This document shows, piece after piece, positions 12,071 to 25,000 of a stretch of DNA of 64,000 bases (the first letter of the stretch is position 1; every line of letters begins with the position of its first letter). The translations under genes were made by a program, and so were the position numbers. This stretch comes from Lingula anatina (lineage: Eukaryota > Animalia > Brachiopoda), in assembly GCA_051362555.1 (NCBI GenBank), contig CM120642.1:28024001-28088000 (forward strand). Direction: 5' to 3'. The notes under the pieces are model-generated. The model made no database searches, was not told the DNA's origin, and worked only from the letters and a program-made list of their open reading frames with translations.

Positions 12071-14140
12071 CTATCTGGTGAAACCCTTGTTTTGGCGATA
12101 ATTACCTATTTTGACCAACCACAGTGGACAAACAGATACACGTTTCCGCGGATATAATTTGAATGGACTGTCTGATTGGAAAATTACTGAAATTTCAACC
12201 AACGTGCTAATTATCTCATCAATCAAACAATGCAGTCATGCATAACACCCCAAATTACTGTTCTTCACAGTAAATCTCTGATGTTAAAAAGGAATTATCT
12301 GCACTGCTGGCTTAGAGCTAGACACACCTGTAACTGTACATTATTCAGCAATTAGAAATTAACACACATTAAACGTAATACCTACATTGTATTCCTAACC
12401 CGCTGTTTCTCTTTCTTTTGCGACGTATTCCCCAAAACTCAAAGCAAAAGCGATGTGATACTTTTGCAAAAGTAGCTATGAATACAAGTTTCATCAAACT
12501 GTACATTCCAAATGAACAAAAATACTTACTTTCTTACTTACATTTGGACTTGCAGTGACATAATGATACGCATGTGTCTCTTAACTATCAAGATTGCACA
12601 TTGTCGTTCTTTTTGTTTGCAATTAGTTCTCTAAAGTTGTTACACGACACCACGTCCAACGAAAGTATTAACCTTTATTAAAATATTTCCAGAAAAGGTC
12701 AAATAGTTATAATGCAGCGAGCAGAGTTGAAAATGCAAAGGAAATGGTTGATATAGCAAAATCTACAATAGTATTATGGCTCCAATATATCTATTGAAAA
12801 GTATTTTGAAAAGAGTATTTTGAAAATAATGAAGTTGGCAGTCCAATGCTTTAAAAGCCTAGGATGCAAATCAAAGATTAAAAAAACAATATTATTAATA
12901 TTTTTGCACGCCTTTGACAAAGGCTCAGCAAATATAGTAGTGCAATTGCAAGCCTCGTTATCTCCTTAGAATAAGAGCCACATTGGACCAATGTCAGTGT
13001 GTTTGAAATCTCGATTTTCACAAACAACGCCTTCATAGCTGCTCACAGATATCCAGAGCACAATGACGTAAAAACAACATGTTGTGTAACACCAAGCTGT
13101 TTAGATCAAACTGGTGATGTCAGGAAAAACAAGATAATTGACAATGCAAGCCTCATCGCCACCCACGTAACATGTACGTGTAGGTCACGATGACATAGTG
13201 TTGGTGTGTCCCTTGCACGCAGTCAGTATATTGCATAGACTATAATGCAATGATTGACAGGTGCGTGTTAGTGACGCTGGCTAAATTGTCGCCGATGGCA
13301 TGGGACGCATGACAAATGGAAAACAGATGCAATCATTATAATGTTCGTTTTTTTCTCATTTTAGGTTGCGGGTTGTTGATCGACCAAGGGCAATAACTGT
13401 AACGTGATGAACACCTACGCGTATTTCTGTTGCTCCCCCCCCCCCCCCCACCACCCTCTTCCCCTTTTCTTGTTCGAGAAGAAGACCGTGCAGTTGTGCC
13501 CATTATTTTACATGAAGTTCATGGATCATGAAAGCAAAGATGAAAGCAGGCGGGCAACTGCTGTGCGTTTTTTTTTTGTTTGTTTTTTTTTGTTTTTTTT
13601 TTAACTTAATAACGGTCTGTTAACGCTCCTCTTTTCTCAGTTTAAAGATTATTTTAGTTTATAGATGGACAGTTCATTAGGTTTTGTCTAATTTAACACA
13701 AACGAACATAATTTCACTAGAATTTTATTCAAAGAAATAACATACTTGTAGGTTTTGGAATTAGATAACTTAGTACAAACACGAGTGCGTTTTACAAAAT
13801 AAATTTTATTATTCTTCTTATTATTATTAGACAACGTCAAATGAAATAAAATACCTTTGGCCATGGTTACAATCTTAAACTTCAAAACTTATTGTTCAAC
13901 AAAAATAATCACGTTTTCATGCACACTTTAATTAATAGTTTGAGGCGGTCCGTGTGTTTAATCAACTTATCATTCAGTTCGATGCTACATGTAGTATTGA
14001 CAGTATTGCTGCACTGTGTTACTCGAGAAGGATTCAACTACAGTTCGAGACAATGTTTTCAAAATGCCCTGAGTAATATGTTAATGATCTTAATAGTTGT
14101 CCCAATTTATAAGACACAAGACTAGTTAAAATCACAAATA

Positions 14141-14150
14141 TAATAATAAT

Positions 14151-14189
<39 letters not shown>
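14141..14189. repeat. (AAT)n microsatellite
   Basis: Direct reading. Confidence 0.9.
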
Positions 14190-14190
<1 letters not shown>

Positions 14191-16142
14191 GTTTTGTTGT
14201 ACTATATTTGTAATATATACTACATATATTAAATGCAGTTATCAAAAAAGTATAGTATTAAAATGTTAGATTCAATCACTCAAAATAAACATTTGAAATA
14301 AATACTGAAGATAATATTTAAAATGAAATTTAGTTTTCATCATTTATAATTATTTAAAAGCTAAGAGTGCATGAACAGACAAAGTTCATCGATAAGTGTA
14401 TAGGCAGCATGGCATAAAAGTGCTCCTATATCGATTGGTCCAACATTTTAGTAAAACATAGGTGTAATGATTTCTGAGGTCCTTTTCAATGACACGGGTG
14501 TTAGTTAAAAGATGGTTCAATGTAATAAAATCTCATTAAACATTCTTTGCTTAAGTAAGCTCGCTGAGATTCCAAGGGGGTAGTTCAATGATGATCATTG
14601 CTTCATGGCATGTGAGCTCAGGCTATATAATAAAGATTGATACGAATTATCCTAATATAAAGGCTGGACGGCTGGAGGAAATTGCAATTTTAGAGATAAA
14701 TACTAGTTGAAGTGAAAATATGCACGAACCGCTTATATGATTTATCATTAGATTGTATAGTTATGCAATGCCATCACGACTTCCAAAAATCGAAAAATAC
14801 GAAAACTGTTGATTATAATGATATTCTTTTCTGCTGATTGTATAACAACCCATTTGTATATTTGCGTCGTTACGTATTGTCATAATTGTAAAGAACCTTT
14901 GTAATAACTATATTTGTAGTGTCACTGTTTACTGCACCAAAAAATTACGCGTACGCTAATTCCGTATGTTAAAAGACTGGTACAGACGAAACTAGCAATT
15001 ATATACATTTTTAAAAGTGTGGGCGACAACGAAAGTGAACACGACGCCGTACACAATAAGAAGGCCCTATGCCCTTCTTAACTCGTAGCAAGGTAGGCGC
15101 TGATGATTACGAGCACACTGTAGAAAATGAGCCACGCTTCTGGCCTGAAGCCTACACGAAGCATGAGTCTAACTAGTGTGTGCGCTTGACTTCCCGTTAA
15201 AAGTGCGCCCGAACTTTGTCTCGTAGACTTCCCTGAGGCGAAGATTCTTAGTTTTTGACTGTGCTTTACGGTGTTTGTCTTTTACCCAATTTTAAGTGTG
15301 CTAACCTCCCTGTTAAAGTGTTATAAAAAGTATATATGTACAGTGGTGAATTGATTTCAATATTTCACAGGATGAACCCCAGTCACATGTAATAAAACGT
15401 TGTCTATCACGGTTTAATTATCTGCAAGTTTTCGTAGTCAGACATATTTTTTCTCTTTTATATTTAATGTACATGTAAAAGCATCCTAATGCTTTCTTTT
15501 GAGCCAAGATTCATAAACTGCATTGAGAAGTATACTGTATAAATCAATAATGCTTTATAGAAATATACGTAAAAAGTCAATTGCTACGGGCTTGGACAGA
15601 TGGTAAACTATAGGTCCATACCAAGTGTAAAACTTACTTGTACATTTCCCTTAACCCTCATTCGATTAATAAGATAAGAAGATGAACCCATTGTCGCGTA
15701 TAAAATATAATGAAATGTTCATCAAGACAAGACTTTTTGAGTACCAGTACGAGTAGAATAACGTCATTCTCAAATATGTTTAAAGGCAAAGTGAAACGTT
15801 TGGCCAGAGACGCGAGTCTGAAGGAAAGAGAAGAAGGGCATGAATAAATGAGGTCGTAAATTAATTGATGTAGAGTTTGAGTTAGAAAACAAATGTTTGT
15901 GAACGAATTGATATTCTGTCCACAATTAAAACGTCCTTACCGTGGCATTATATGTTCCAGCTCATTAAAAAGAGCATAAAAGGCTATAAAGAGCCATTTC
16001 TCCACAGAACAAATTTGCCGAAATCTGCTCTTAATGCGTGTGTACTAAAATGATTTGTTCCGGTTCAAGCGCTTTCGAGTTGCATGTAGGAAAGCTAACA
16101 GATAACATTTTCCCTACTTGCGCTCACTCCAAGAGAGAGATA

Positions 16143-16241
16143 ATGGAATGGAAGATTATTCTTTTTGTAGTTCTGGGTGCGTCGAAATACACGTCTGCAG
16201 GTACTGTACATGTATTTAGATTCGAACTTTAAAGGCGCTAG

Positions 16242-16279
<38 letters not shown>

Positions 16280-16745
16280 TGTGTGTGTATTCAATAGTTA
16301 CGTTAATCACATGCACTTTAAAATCTTGTAAATATTCAATAGTTAAATTCTATTATGAAGGCAAAAACGATTTGTTGAAACTCAAAAACACGCTCTTTAA
16401 ATCACTCTTTTGTGTAACTTTAAGTTTTCGATACATATTCACTTCACACGACAGATTACGTACGGCTATATAAAAGATAATAAACACTTCTTTAAACACA
16501 TGCTTGTCCATTTGTCTTTTTTTCTTTCTTTCTATTTTACTTAGCTTCCGCTCGGGTGGCAACCTGGGGCCCATGGAGTCGGTTTACCCCGTGCAGCGTG
16601 ACGTGTGGGGGTGGGACTAAGATGCGGACGAGAGACTGTGAGGTGAAGCTTGTCTACGGGAGACGGGCGCCCTGCCTCACGGCTAGTTACTGCGCTGGGG
16701 CGTATCTAGAAAGTCCGCCTTGTAACACGCACGAATGTCCAAAAG
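16143..16745 (+). CDS. Signal peptide exon (16143-16200) and thrombospondin type-1 repeat exon (16545-16745); 3' end unresolved
   Basis: MEWKIILFVVLGASKYTSA joins in phase 1 to ASARVATWGPWSRFTPCSVTCGGGTKMRTRDC...CNTHECPK, which has the WxxW, CSVTCG and RxRxC TSP1 motifs. Donor 16745|gtatgg. Confidence 0.8.
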
Positions 16746-16954
16746 GTATGGCATCTTACTTCTTTTGTGAAATTATTTTGAGGGTTTTAAAAAGATGAGT
16801 GTCGGAAGGGAAATATTCATAGATAAAAAAACAAAAGAAATCTCACACAAAGCCTGTGAGTAGAAAACACTGACTTGAGGATACATGTGTACCCCCCCCC
16901 CCCACACACACACACTTAACCTTGGGATAACCCCTTCCCCAAATACAAACACAC

Positions 16955-17002
<48 letters not shown>

Positions 17003-17013
17003 ACACACACACA
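16955..17013. repeat. (CA)n microsatellite
   Basis: Direct reading. Confidence 0.9.
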
Positions 17014-17933
17014 GGATTGAGGTGCAAAACAATTTAACATGCAGACTCACAGGTAAATATAGGTGATGTCCGCCTCCTCATCCCCCATGCCTTTAGTTTT
17101 TTATTTTCAATAAAAGAAGACCAGCGAAAATGTTATACAATGTATATGTAAAATAAGTTAGCCATCAAAAAGCGCAGAATTCCATTAGTGGTATGTTGAA
17201 TCACTGAAATGATAAAATAATAGACGATAAATTTCTTTTAAAACATTAGAAAACCCGTGTTCAGATGAAATGTCAATAACTTTCTTCTTTGTAGAGAATA
17301 GTGTTATTATCTACTGATAGTGGCCGCTTGGTGAAATTTCTTTTGATTGTGCCTTGGCAGAGGGATTACCGACAGGATCCTGAAGTTATCCGTGTGCTGC
17401 TTCGTTTTCTTTCTCACCCCTTTCCCTCTCCTCGTGAATCCCCACTTACTTGTCCTATCTTTTATTCATTTACCTATTGAATAGACAGGGCTTCGAGACA
17501 AATAATGTGGCGTAATGATGACACAAAAATTAAGAACTTAATCATGTTTAAAGACACTTAAATACATGTACTCAGACGCAATCTGATGGGGGAGTCATTA
17601 AGTGTAAATGTTGGACCTTGGCGTTTATGAGATATTAAAAAAATTTAAAAAGATGAATACGTGACCACCTTCGTCACCGCGGGTAATGAGGAACCAAAGA
17701 ACGACATCTATTTAATGCCCATAACGTTGCATTAATGACGCACGCATGGGCCACATCAATCATGAATGATGGCATTTCACAGCTGATGGATGTGATACAA
17801 ACCAGATGTGCTCGGGACACAGCAAACACAATCAGAAGTCGGCCCACCGGGTCAAACTTTGTAAACAGTTGGAATAAACCAGAATGCGAGGTATTCACTG
17901 AACTGCGCCGGTTGATTGCCCGGCAGACATTCA

Positions 17934-19845
17934 ATGATGGCAGCCTCTGCTGTTTCTACCAGAAAGATCGTTCTGATTGCCGTGGTTACTGCTGCAATTG
18001 TCTTGGTTATTGTCGCTGTCGTTGTTGGTATTGTCATCGGTGTGACCCTGAAAACAGGTATGTCTATTACCATAGTCATGGGCTATAAACCTTTACGATA
18101 GGATGACGCTACGGCGGTTTCTTTACGTACTTGCGGCAGCGGGGAGGGAGGACAGAATGCTTTGATCATGGCCATATCAAGGTTTGCTAATGTGGAGCAG
18201 TCATTTATTGACGAATATGTGGTCTTTATGGTCCACTGCCCTTTTGCTTCAGCTGGTACCCAAATGCTCTAAACTACCTCCGTGATGTCATGGAGAACAG
18301 GCGGGGTGTTTTTTTCTTTCATTTGGGGGGGGAAGGGGTGGGGTCAAATCCCATTTCTAATTTCTTGATCCAACAGTGTGCAGGTTAAGCTGGATTTTAA
18401 CTTCCGACTTATTTCCCTTGTTCTTCAACCAACAACACCCAAATAGTTGAATTCTTATGCTTGCATAGACATATCCATATAGGCCTACAACGCAAGTGTT
18501 TCGCGGCGGGGTAAGAGATAAAAACGACAGAGCAAAGCATGCTATCATTAGCAGCACTCCTAATGGTTTCCACTGATAAGATTAATAAAATTGTAAAGTT
18601 CGCGATATCGATACTCCCGACTCCTGCGTTTACACACATACAGAGTGAGAGAGAGAGAGAGAGAGAGAGAGTGAGAGAGAGGGGACGGGGAGAGGGGGGG
18701 AACAACACGAGAAGGTTGGAACATACTGGTATCCTCAATGCGAAAGAGGCGTAAAGGGGGGAAATTAATATTAAAAGGAGAGAAGATGAATCTATAACAA
18801 TCTTCATGGATCATCGTTTTACTCATATTTTGATAATTTTGCTGTTAGAAAACAGCTTCATTTCAAAGGCAATACCGCTAACCGGCCTAGTAGTACATGC
18901 ATCATTTACTATAATAATAAATGCTTTTCTTTTTTCAGTTGAAAACACCGATTAAATTAAATGTAAATTGATTCAAATGCTATCAAAACGAAAACAAAAA
19001 AGGAAAATCACTGTAGAGATGTCCTTCACAATCTTGTCCCTTCTATTATTATTACTTTTATCACAATTATTATTATTTTCAGAAAATACGCCTTCCGTGA
19101 GATACGGGTCCGTCATTAAACTGCCGCCAGAGAATTATCAGAAGTATAAAGAGCTCCACGCTAACGTTTGGCCAGAGGTATTATTTCATTTATGATAAAA
19201 AACAAACTCGAATTAAGTTATGTTTTTTTCGCCATTTCAAACTGACAATGTTCAAATAGTTTACATAGAATTATAAATACGTTAGGTCAAATTAAAACAT
19301 ATATGTACTTGATCTAACTTTCCGAAGCAGAGCTAACTCATTATTGTGTCTTCTGTATTAATGTTTCTGGTGCTTTTTCTTAACTGTTGATCGTTGGGCT
19401 TGAAAAACCGTACAAAATTTGACTTTTTTTCAACTTTTTCGTCAAAAAAAAAAATCAATCACAAATGCAGATACACATTTGAGTATGGAGTGCTACAGGG
19501 AGCATTGTCTTTAAAATATACCTGTATCGTGTATAACATTTAATTTTAATGTTAAACATAAAAATTTTAATAATTTTAAATATCTGGTTTGGTCCCCAGG
19601 TGTTAGACCGGCTTTCAAAGAGCAACATACGAAACTACGTGATCTATTACAGCAACGAGACGAGTCTTCTTTTCTCTCATTTTGAATATATAGGTAAGTT
19701 TACGCGATAGTTTGCATGCATTTGAACTAAAACTGGTGCTAAAAGAGTGAAGAAGAGAGCGGATCAAATAATCACACTTTGGTTGGATTTATTTAAAAAA
19801 GTTCATACGCCTGTTTATGAGTCTCAAAAATTATCATCCTGCCTT

Positions 19846-19883
<38 letters not shown>

Positions 19884-20145
19884 CGTTTGTAGAGATTTTC
19901 TATGGCAACCAATTAACAGATTTTCTCATATTATCTTTCATTTCTTAGGAACAAACTATGCCGCTGACATGAAAGCTATAGCAGACGATCCAAAAACTTT
20001 AGAATGGTGGCGAATCAATTGTCCTCTCCAAGAATCTTTCACTTGGACCGACTCCAAACAGTTGTATGAGGGCGGGACAGGGAACTGGTGGGCACCCATG
20101 CAGGAAGTTTTTCATGACGGGCACTCTGCGGTGAAATTTCTCTAG
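17934..20145 (+). CDS. L-rhamnose mutarotase (RhaM/YiiL, DUF718) family protein with N-terminal signal-anchor, 169 aa (exons 17934-18057, 19083-19177, 19600-19693, 19949-20145)
   Basis: Spliced ORF of 510 nt. A TM segment (KIVLIAVVTAAIVLVIVAVVVGIVIGVTLK) precedes RYGSVIKLPPENYQKYKELHANVWPEVLDRLSKSNIRNYVIY..LFSHFEYIG..DMKAIADDPKTLEWW..GNWWAPMQEVFH. This matches the RhaM pattern (YxxxH, WPE, NY, WW, EVFH). Confidence 0.85.
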
Positions 20146-20461
20146 TTTATGATGGAAAAAGTGTATTGAGCGAACTGTGACGAACTTATTCTTTAATATA
20201 TGATACGCAGTGAATAGCGGATAGTCTCAATCACTAGATTGGAATGTTAGCAAAGTAACAAAGACAGTGAAGACAGGAGAGAAAACATTGTTGGTGTTAT
20301 TCGCAACACTGTGAGGTTTCTTATATGTAAACAGTCTTTTTTTAGAACGGGCTCCCTTCTTGTCTTATATACAGTTACACGTATATATGTCTCTTTGCCA
20401 ATATTAAATAACTTAATCAAAATGTTCTATATGTTATGCAGTAGAGTCAGTCTAAATAAGT

Positions 20462-20754
20462 AACTAGAAAAGCACTCCGAGAGCGCAGACCTCCGCCAAG
20501 GTAGCAAAGTCTCTACGCAATGCCGTTTCACTCCTAAATTTTCATTCTATAATGAATTAGTTTTTTGATTTTTGATTATTGTTTGATTTTTGATCCGGAT
20601 CACCACCAAAAACTAATCATCTGTTTTTTGGCCCACTTCTGACAGTTCCTGAAAATTTCATCAAAATCGGTCCATAACTTTTTGAGTTATGTTCATGACA
20701 GACGGACAGACAGACAAACAAACAAACAGGGGTGAAAACATAACCTCCTTGGCG
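20462..20754. mobile_element. Non-autonomous Helentron-associated (HINE/DINE-1-like) element
   Basis: Starts aactagaaaagcactccgagagcgcagac. Has a subterminal inverted repeat (cgccaagg ... ccttggcg), the core gaaaatttcatcaaaatcggtccataactttttgagtt and an internal (GACA)n(AAAC)n microsatellite. Confidence 0.7.
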
Positions 20755-22045
20755 TTCTGTTTGCAAAACGACATCCAGAAATACATTATATTAGATTTTA
20801 TTTACTGTAAAACTCATCCTTCCAAAGATAGAACATCGAATGAATGACTGATTTACAGTCAACGGATCTCTTGAATTGCTACTATTGATAATCACCTACA
20901 TGCCATAACCCGCCGGTTGTTAAAATTGCTTGCTCCATGCGTTCCCTCTCCTGCTTATATCATTGTAGGCAATATCTGGGTGAAATAACATGCGGTAGAT
21001 GAGAGTTGTATGAGATAGCATTTGGAAAGCACAACTGTCGCATTACGCAGTGGACGCCAGTCGTGGTTTCTAGTTTTCATGCGCTATTTTCTCTCCGAAA
21101 AAAATGATATTAACCTTTTATCTTCTTCAAAGCAATAATTCAAATATCATGAAATATACAGCACAGAAAACCTTAATTCTTAAATTCTTGGCGATGAAAC
21201 GCAGTTAAATACATTTTTGATGTTGTCTTTGCTGCGCGTAAATGATGTTTTTTTCCGAAGAAAACGCGCTAAAGCTGTGAATATAAAACTAATAAGAATA
21301 AACTACAAATTTATTATACAATCTATTTTAAAACTTATGACAGTCTTCCGAATGGTTGACTACGCATGAAAATAGGCATATCCCATCAGGCTTAGTATAA
21401 TTGAAATAAATATCCTACTGAACGTATATCCACATACATGTAACTCGCCAATCTCAACATTTTTACGGTATTACTAGACGAATGATCAAACATCTGAAGT
21501 AATCCCCATTAAGTTATTATACACCAATTTTAATCTGCAAATGTTATAAAAATTTGAGTAAATCAAATGGTACAGCACATTCCGACATGTCTATAATATT
21601 CAAGGTACTTGTACATTTTTTTTAAATTTCTAATAATTGGTACTGAACACTGTCGTTTTAATAACAGCTACTTTAATAGGAACTTGGTAAATAATTTAAT
21701 GCTGCAACAAACCTCAAATGAGAAGCCCGTATGTAATGCCATTATCAGGATCATAATAGTAAACGCATGGATCGGTGCAGTTATAAAGAGACGACACCTT
21801 TACTCAGGTTCGTTTTTTAAACATAAAACCCTGCTGTTTACTTTGACGGAGATTCACATTATTGTGAAGAGTTAGGCAGTGTTTGCCTGGCAGGCCTAGC
21901 AAACAACTACGAGGGTACTATATGTCAACACGGGAACACTTTTACATGGGTAAATGAACACGAACCCCATGAAAAAAGCGCACTGACACAATACACGTGA
22001 CGCAGCTGAAGTCAGAGGGCGCGGTCGTTGGTGGGCGTACAGTCC

Positions 22046-22051
22046 TATAAA
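22046..22051 (+). promoter_or_regulatory. TATA box of metalloprotease gene 1
   Basis: TATAAA about 50 nt upstream of ATG 22099. The paralog has TATAAAA at the equivalent position. Confidence 0.6.
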
Positions 22052-22098
22052 CTGGTCCCTGGGAACTGACGTGCACAGCACAGGGCTGACAAGCAGGG

Positions 22099-25000
22099 AT
22101 GAAGTGGCTGAAGGTTGTATCCGTGATTTTTCTAAATACTGGCCTGTTACTGGCCGCCCCGTATGATGAGACAGAAACAGAGACAGGTAGATATAGTCTA
22201 TGATTGTAGCGCTGATGTAGATACATGTGTACTGCGCATTGATTGTACAGTGTTGCATAAAATATTTCTCTGTCATGCTTAAACATAGCCTGTGCACCTT
22301 TCTAGATTAGATGCGTGTTAACATTTTTCACATTTTATGAATTTTATGCATATTAATGAAAAATATTCTTGACAGAGGCAGATGCGAATTAGCCAATGTA
22401 ATTCCTGCTACAATGTAGGAGCAGCTTTACTGATTTACATGGAAACATTTTGACTATTATTTTGGCAAAAGCAGTCGAATTATATAAATTTACACGTCAC
22501 TTTGACGGACTGCCTGTTATTAGTCAAATATTCTTCTCTGCTAAAATAAATCTTTTTATTATTCTGACATATAATTTAGAGGAAAGGAAGCCAATACCGG
22601 TGCATTTTCGCTGAACATGATTTTTAACTTCATGAATAAGAGCAGTGTATCTATTCGTTCTGATAAACACCCACGCATTGAAACGCAGAAGTAAAACTGA
22701 CCAGGGAATTATATCGTACACTATGATATAATTTCCTGAGCTGACACTGACTGATGTTACAAAAACAGTGAATACTTGAGCAAAGTTTCAGATTTTCTTT
22801 TTCAGATTTTCAGTCGCTCTTTTAAGTCTTGTCCAGCTCGCCATGTACGGTATCTATTATCAATATATACAGAAGTGAGTGCTCTGCACGTATAGTTTTC
22901 CCTTTAATACAGGACTTATTATTTTGTTGTGTTTTTGTTATGTGAACTCGGAGAGCCTACGTTACGCAATAACAGTGTTTACAGACCGACCGGACAATAT
23001 GGCATAGAATCTGTTAGCTTAACAGATCTGTATCTCGGTCATTGGTTTTCCATTGACCGTTGAATACTTCTTCAGTCGAATAATGTTATACACATAAGGT
23101 TGGAGTTTCGACCCGGGGGTTCATGGCCTACACATCATGGGTTCAAGATTAGAAGAAGTGGAGGAAGCGGACTGTATAATTGCACTCTGTTCCCCCGAGT
23201 CAAGTTTTGGGATACTCTCCACCACAAGTCTGGCGGATGGTGACGTTTCCCGTTAAATGTGCATAAAACTCTCGCTGATCACAGTGCAGAAATATGCACA
23301 GAGAAATATCTGTGAAAATCTAGGGGAAGAAATTCTCTCTTTGTCCCTGAAGAGGGTGTGTTTTGGGGGTTATTCTGTAGTTCCCAATACCTCTTCAAAA
23401 TATAATAATACAGTATATAGTGCTGGGTGATATGTTGAATTATTTCTTAGTGAGACGGAACAATCAAATATTCTTATCTATGTGGTGAGTGTGTCTCCAA
23501 CACTTATTTGAATAATTGAAGAAAACTTTCTGTGGAGATCAAAAAAGTGATCAATGACGAAAGATAAAGGTAACTGCAGTGATTGCATAATCATCTCCAT
23601 CTTGCTTGTTTTAAATGTCGTGCTTTCCACGTACTGGCGCATGTACCATAACACAAAATCCCTAAACAAGTGTACCTCTAGTTAGAAGCCTGACAAAAGA
23701 ATCTAAGCGCCCATTCATTTTTACCTTTTCAACCTAAACTTAAGAAATAAGCTGTGAGATTTGAAGGATCAGCAATTTTAACTCGACAACCGCTGAAAGA
23801 TCATTAGCCGACGACCATCACTATGCACGTTTTTAAAATAAAGCTCAACTTCTTCGGTGTATGTGTAAGACTTTTTTTTTTTTTTTTTTGGAGGGGGGGT
23901 TACGTCATACATCTTTATCCATATACACGATAAAATGGGCCATCATGGGCCAAGGACTTTACACAATTTGACTGAACAAACAATCTGGAGACCTTTCAGC
24001 TGAAAGGATGTGCCCCCAGGGGCAGGATCGTGACTAAAAACACAATGGGATCCCATTCCCTTGTTGCATTTTTGTTGTTAAACGGATTTTCGGCGACCAA
24101 AGGATTATAATCCATTTCTAGACAGAATTCATTTATGTGAGAGCGGAGAGAAAGGTTAATACCTTTGCGACGTATTTTCACCTGGCTGAAATTGAAAGAC
24201 AGGTGTAATGTTAATGATAATGCGATGCTACTCATTTTCTTTAATTGTAGTTGGTTTTGAGGCCTGGGCAGAACCTAATGGCTTGGAGTTATTTGTTTAA
24301 GTGTTTGGTGGGCGGCAATATATATTTGTTAATAATCCTAACGTATCGGATAACGCTTAAGACATACACTGTATAACAATGCTGAATAAGAAAGTCCATT
24401 CTTTAGCTTTCAATAATAGTCCAAATACCATTGCTTGACCTTATTCGTGTGACACTAAAAGCAAATATTGTATCCTCGGCTCTCTCTCTCTCACAAAAAG
24501 GATAAGAAACAAATGGCGACAAAAGCAAGGCAATATTCATTCCTGTACTGTACATATTACGGTGAAAACGATTTAGGGCTCATTCCCATTAAATCTATCG
24601 GTGTACGTCGATCCAACTCCGCCGGAACTCTCATTTTAACAGATTAACACGCCTCCTCCTGGCGGTGAGTAAGAACACATACAAGTTGGTGATTACACGA
24701 GCACGCTGGAAACAAAAGGAGGCGCACCATGTTCTCATATACTCATATACTATATATAGAATTCACCAATGCATTACTCCGTTGAATTACTGTATTGCTC
24801 AATGCAGTGGTCCAAGCGTGTGAAAAGGAATAAGCTCTTGACATCATACTTTAAGTAAATTGGTTTTGGTGTGAAACACCTTAATCTTGTTTGTTTAGTT
24901 TGCCTTATGTTGGTTACTAATCTCTCTCTCTCCTTTGTCTTTCCCTATCCCTTAAGATATTCCCTCTCCCTCCACTCTCACCCCATTTTGCTTTTCTCTT

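Noticed and set aside
12600-15300. Possible decayed transposon or coding remnants in the intergenic region
   Set aside because: No recognisable protein motif or terminal repeats could be supported by eye.
16773-17040. ORFs with CVCVCV or ERERER runs (also near 18539, 30167 and 63061)
   Set aside because: These are translations of dinucleotide microsatellites.
17735-18088. Cys-rich ORF (CCFYQK..CRGYCCNCLGYCRCRCWYCHRC) resembling a defensin or metallothionein
   Set aside because: It is a frame shadow of the Val/Ile/Ala-rich TM exon, where shifted GTN codons read as TGT. The TM frame is the one that splices in phase into RhaM.
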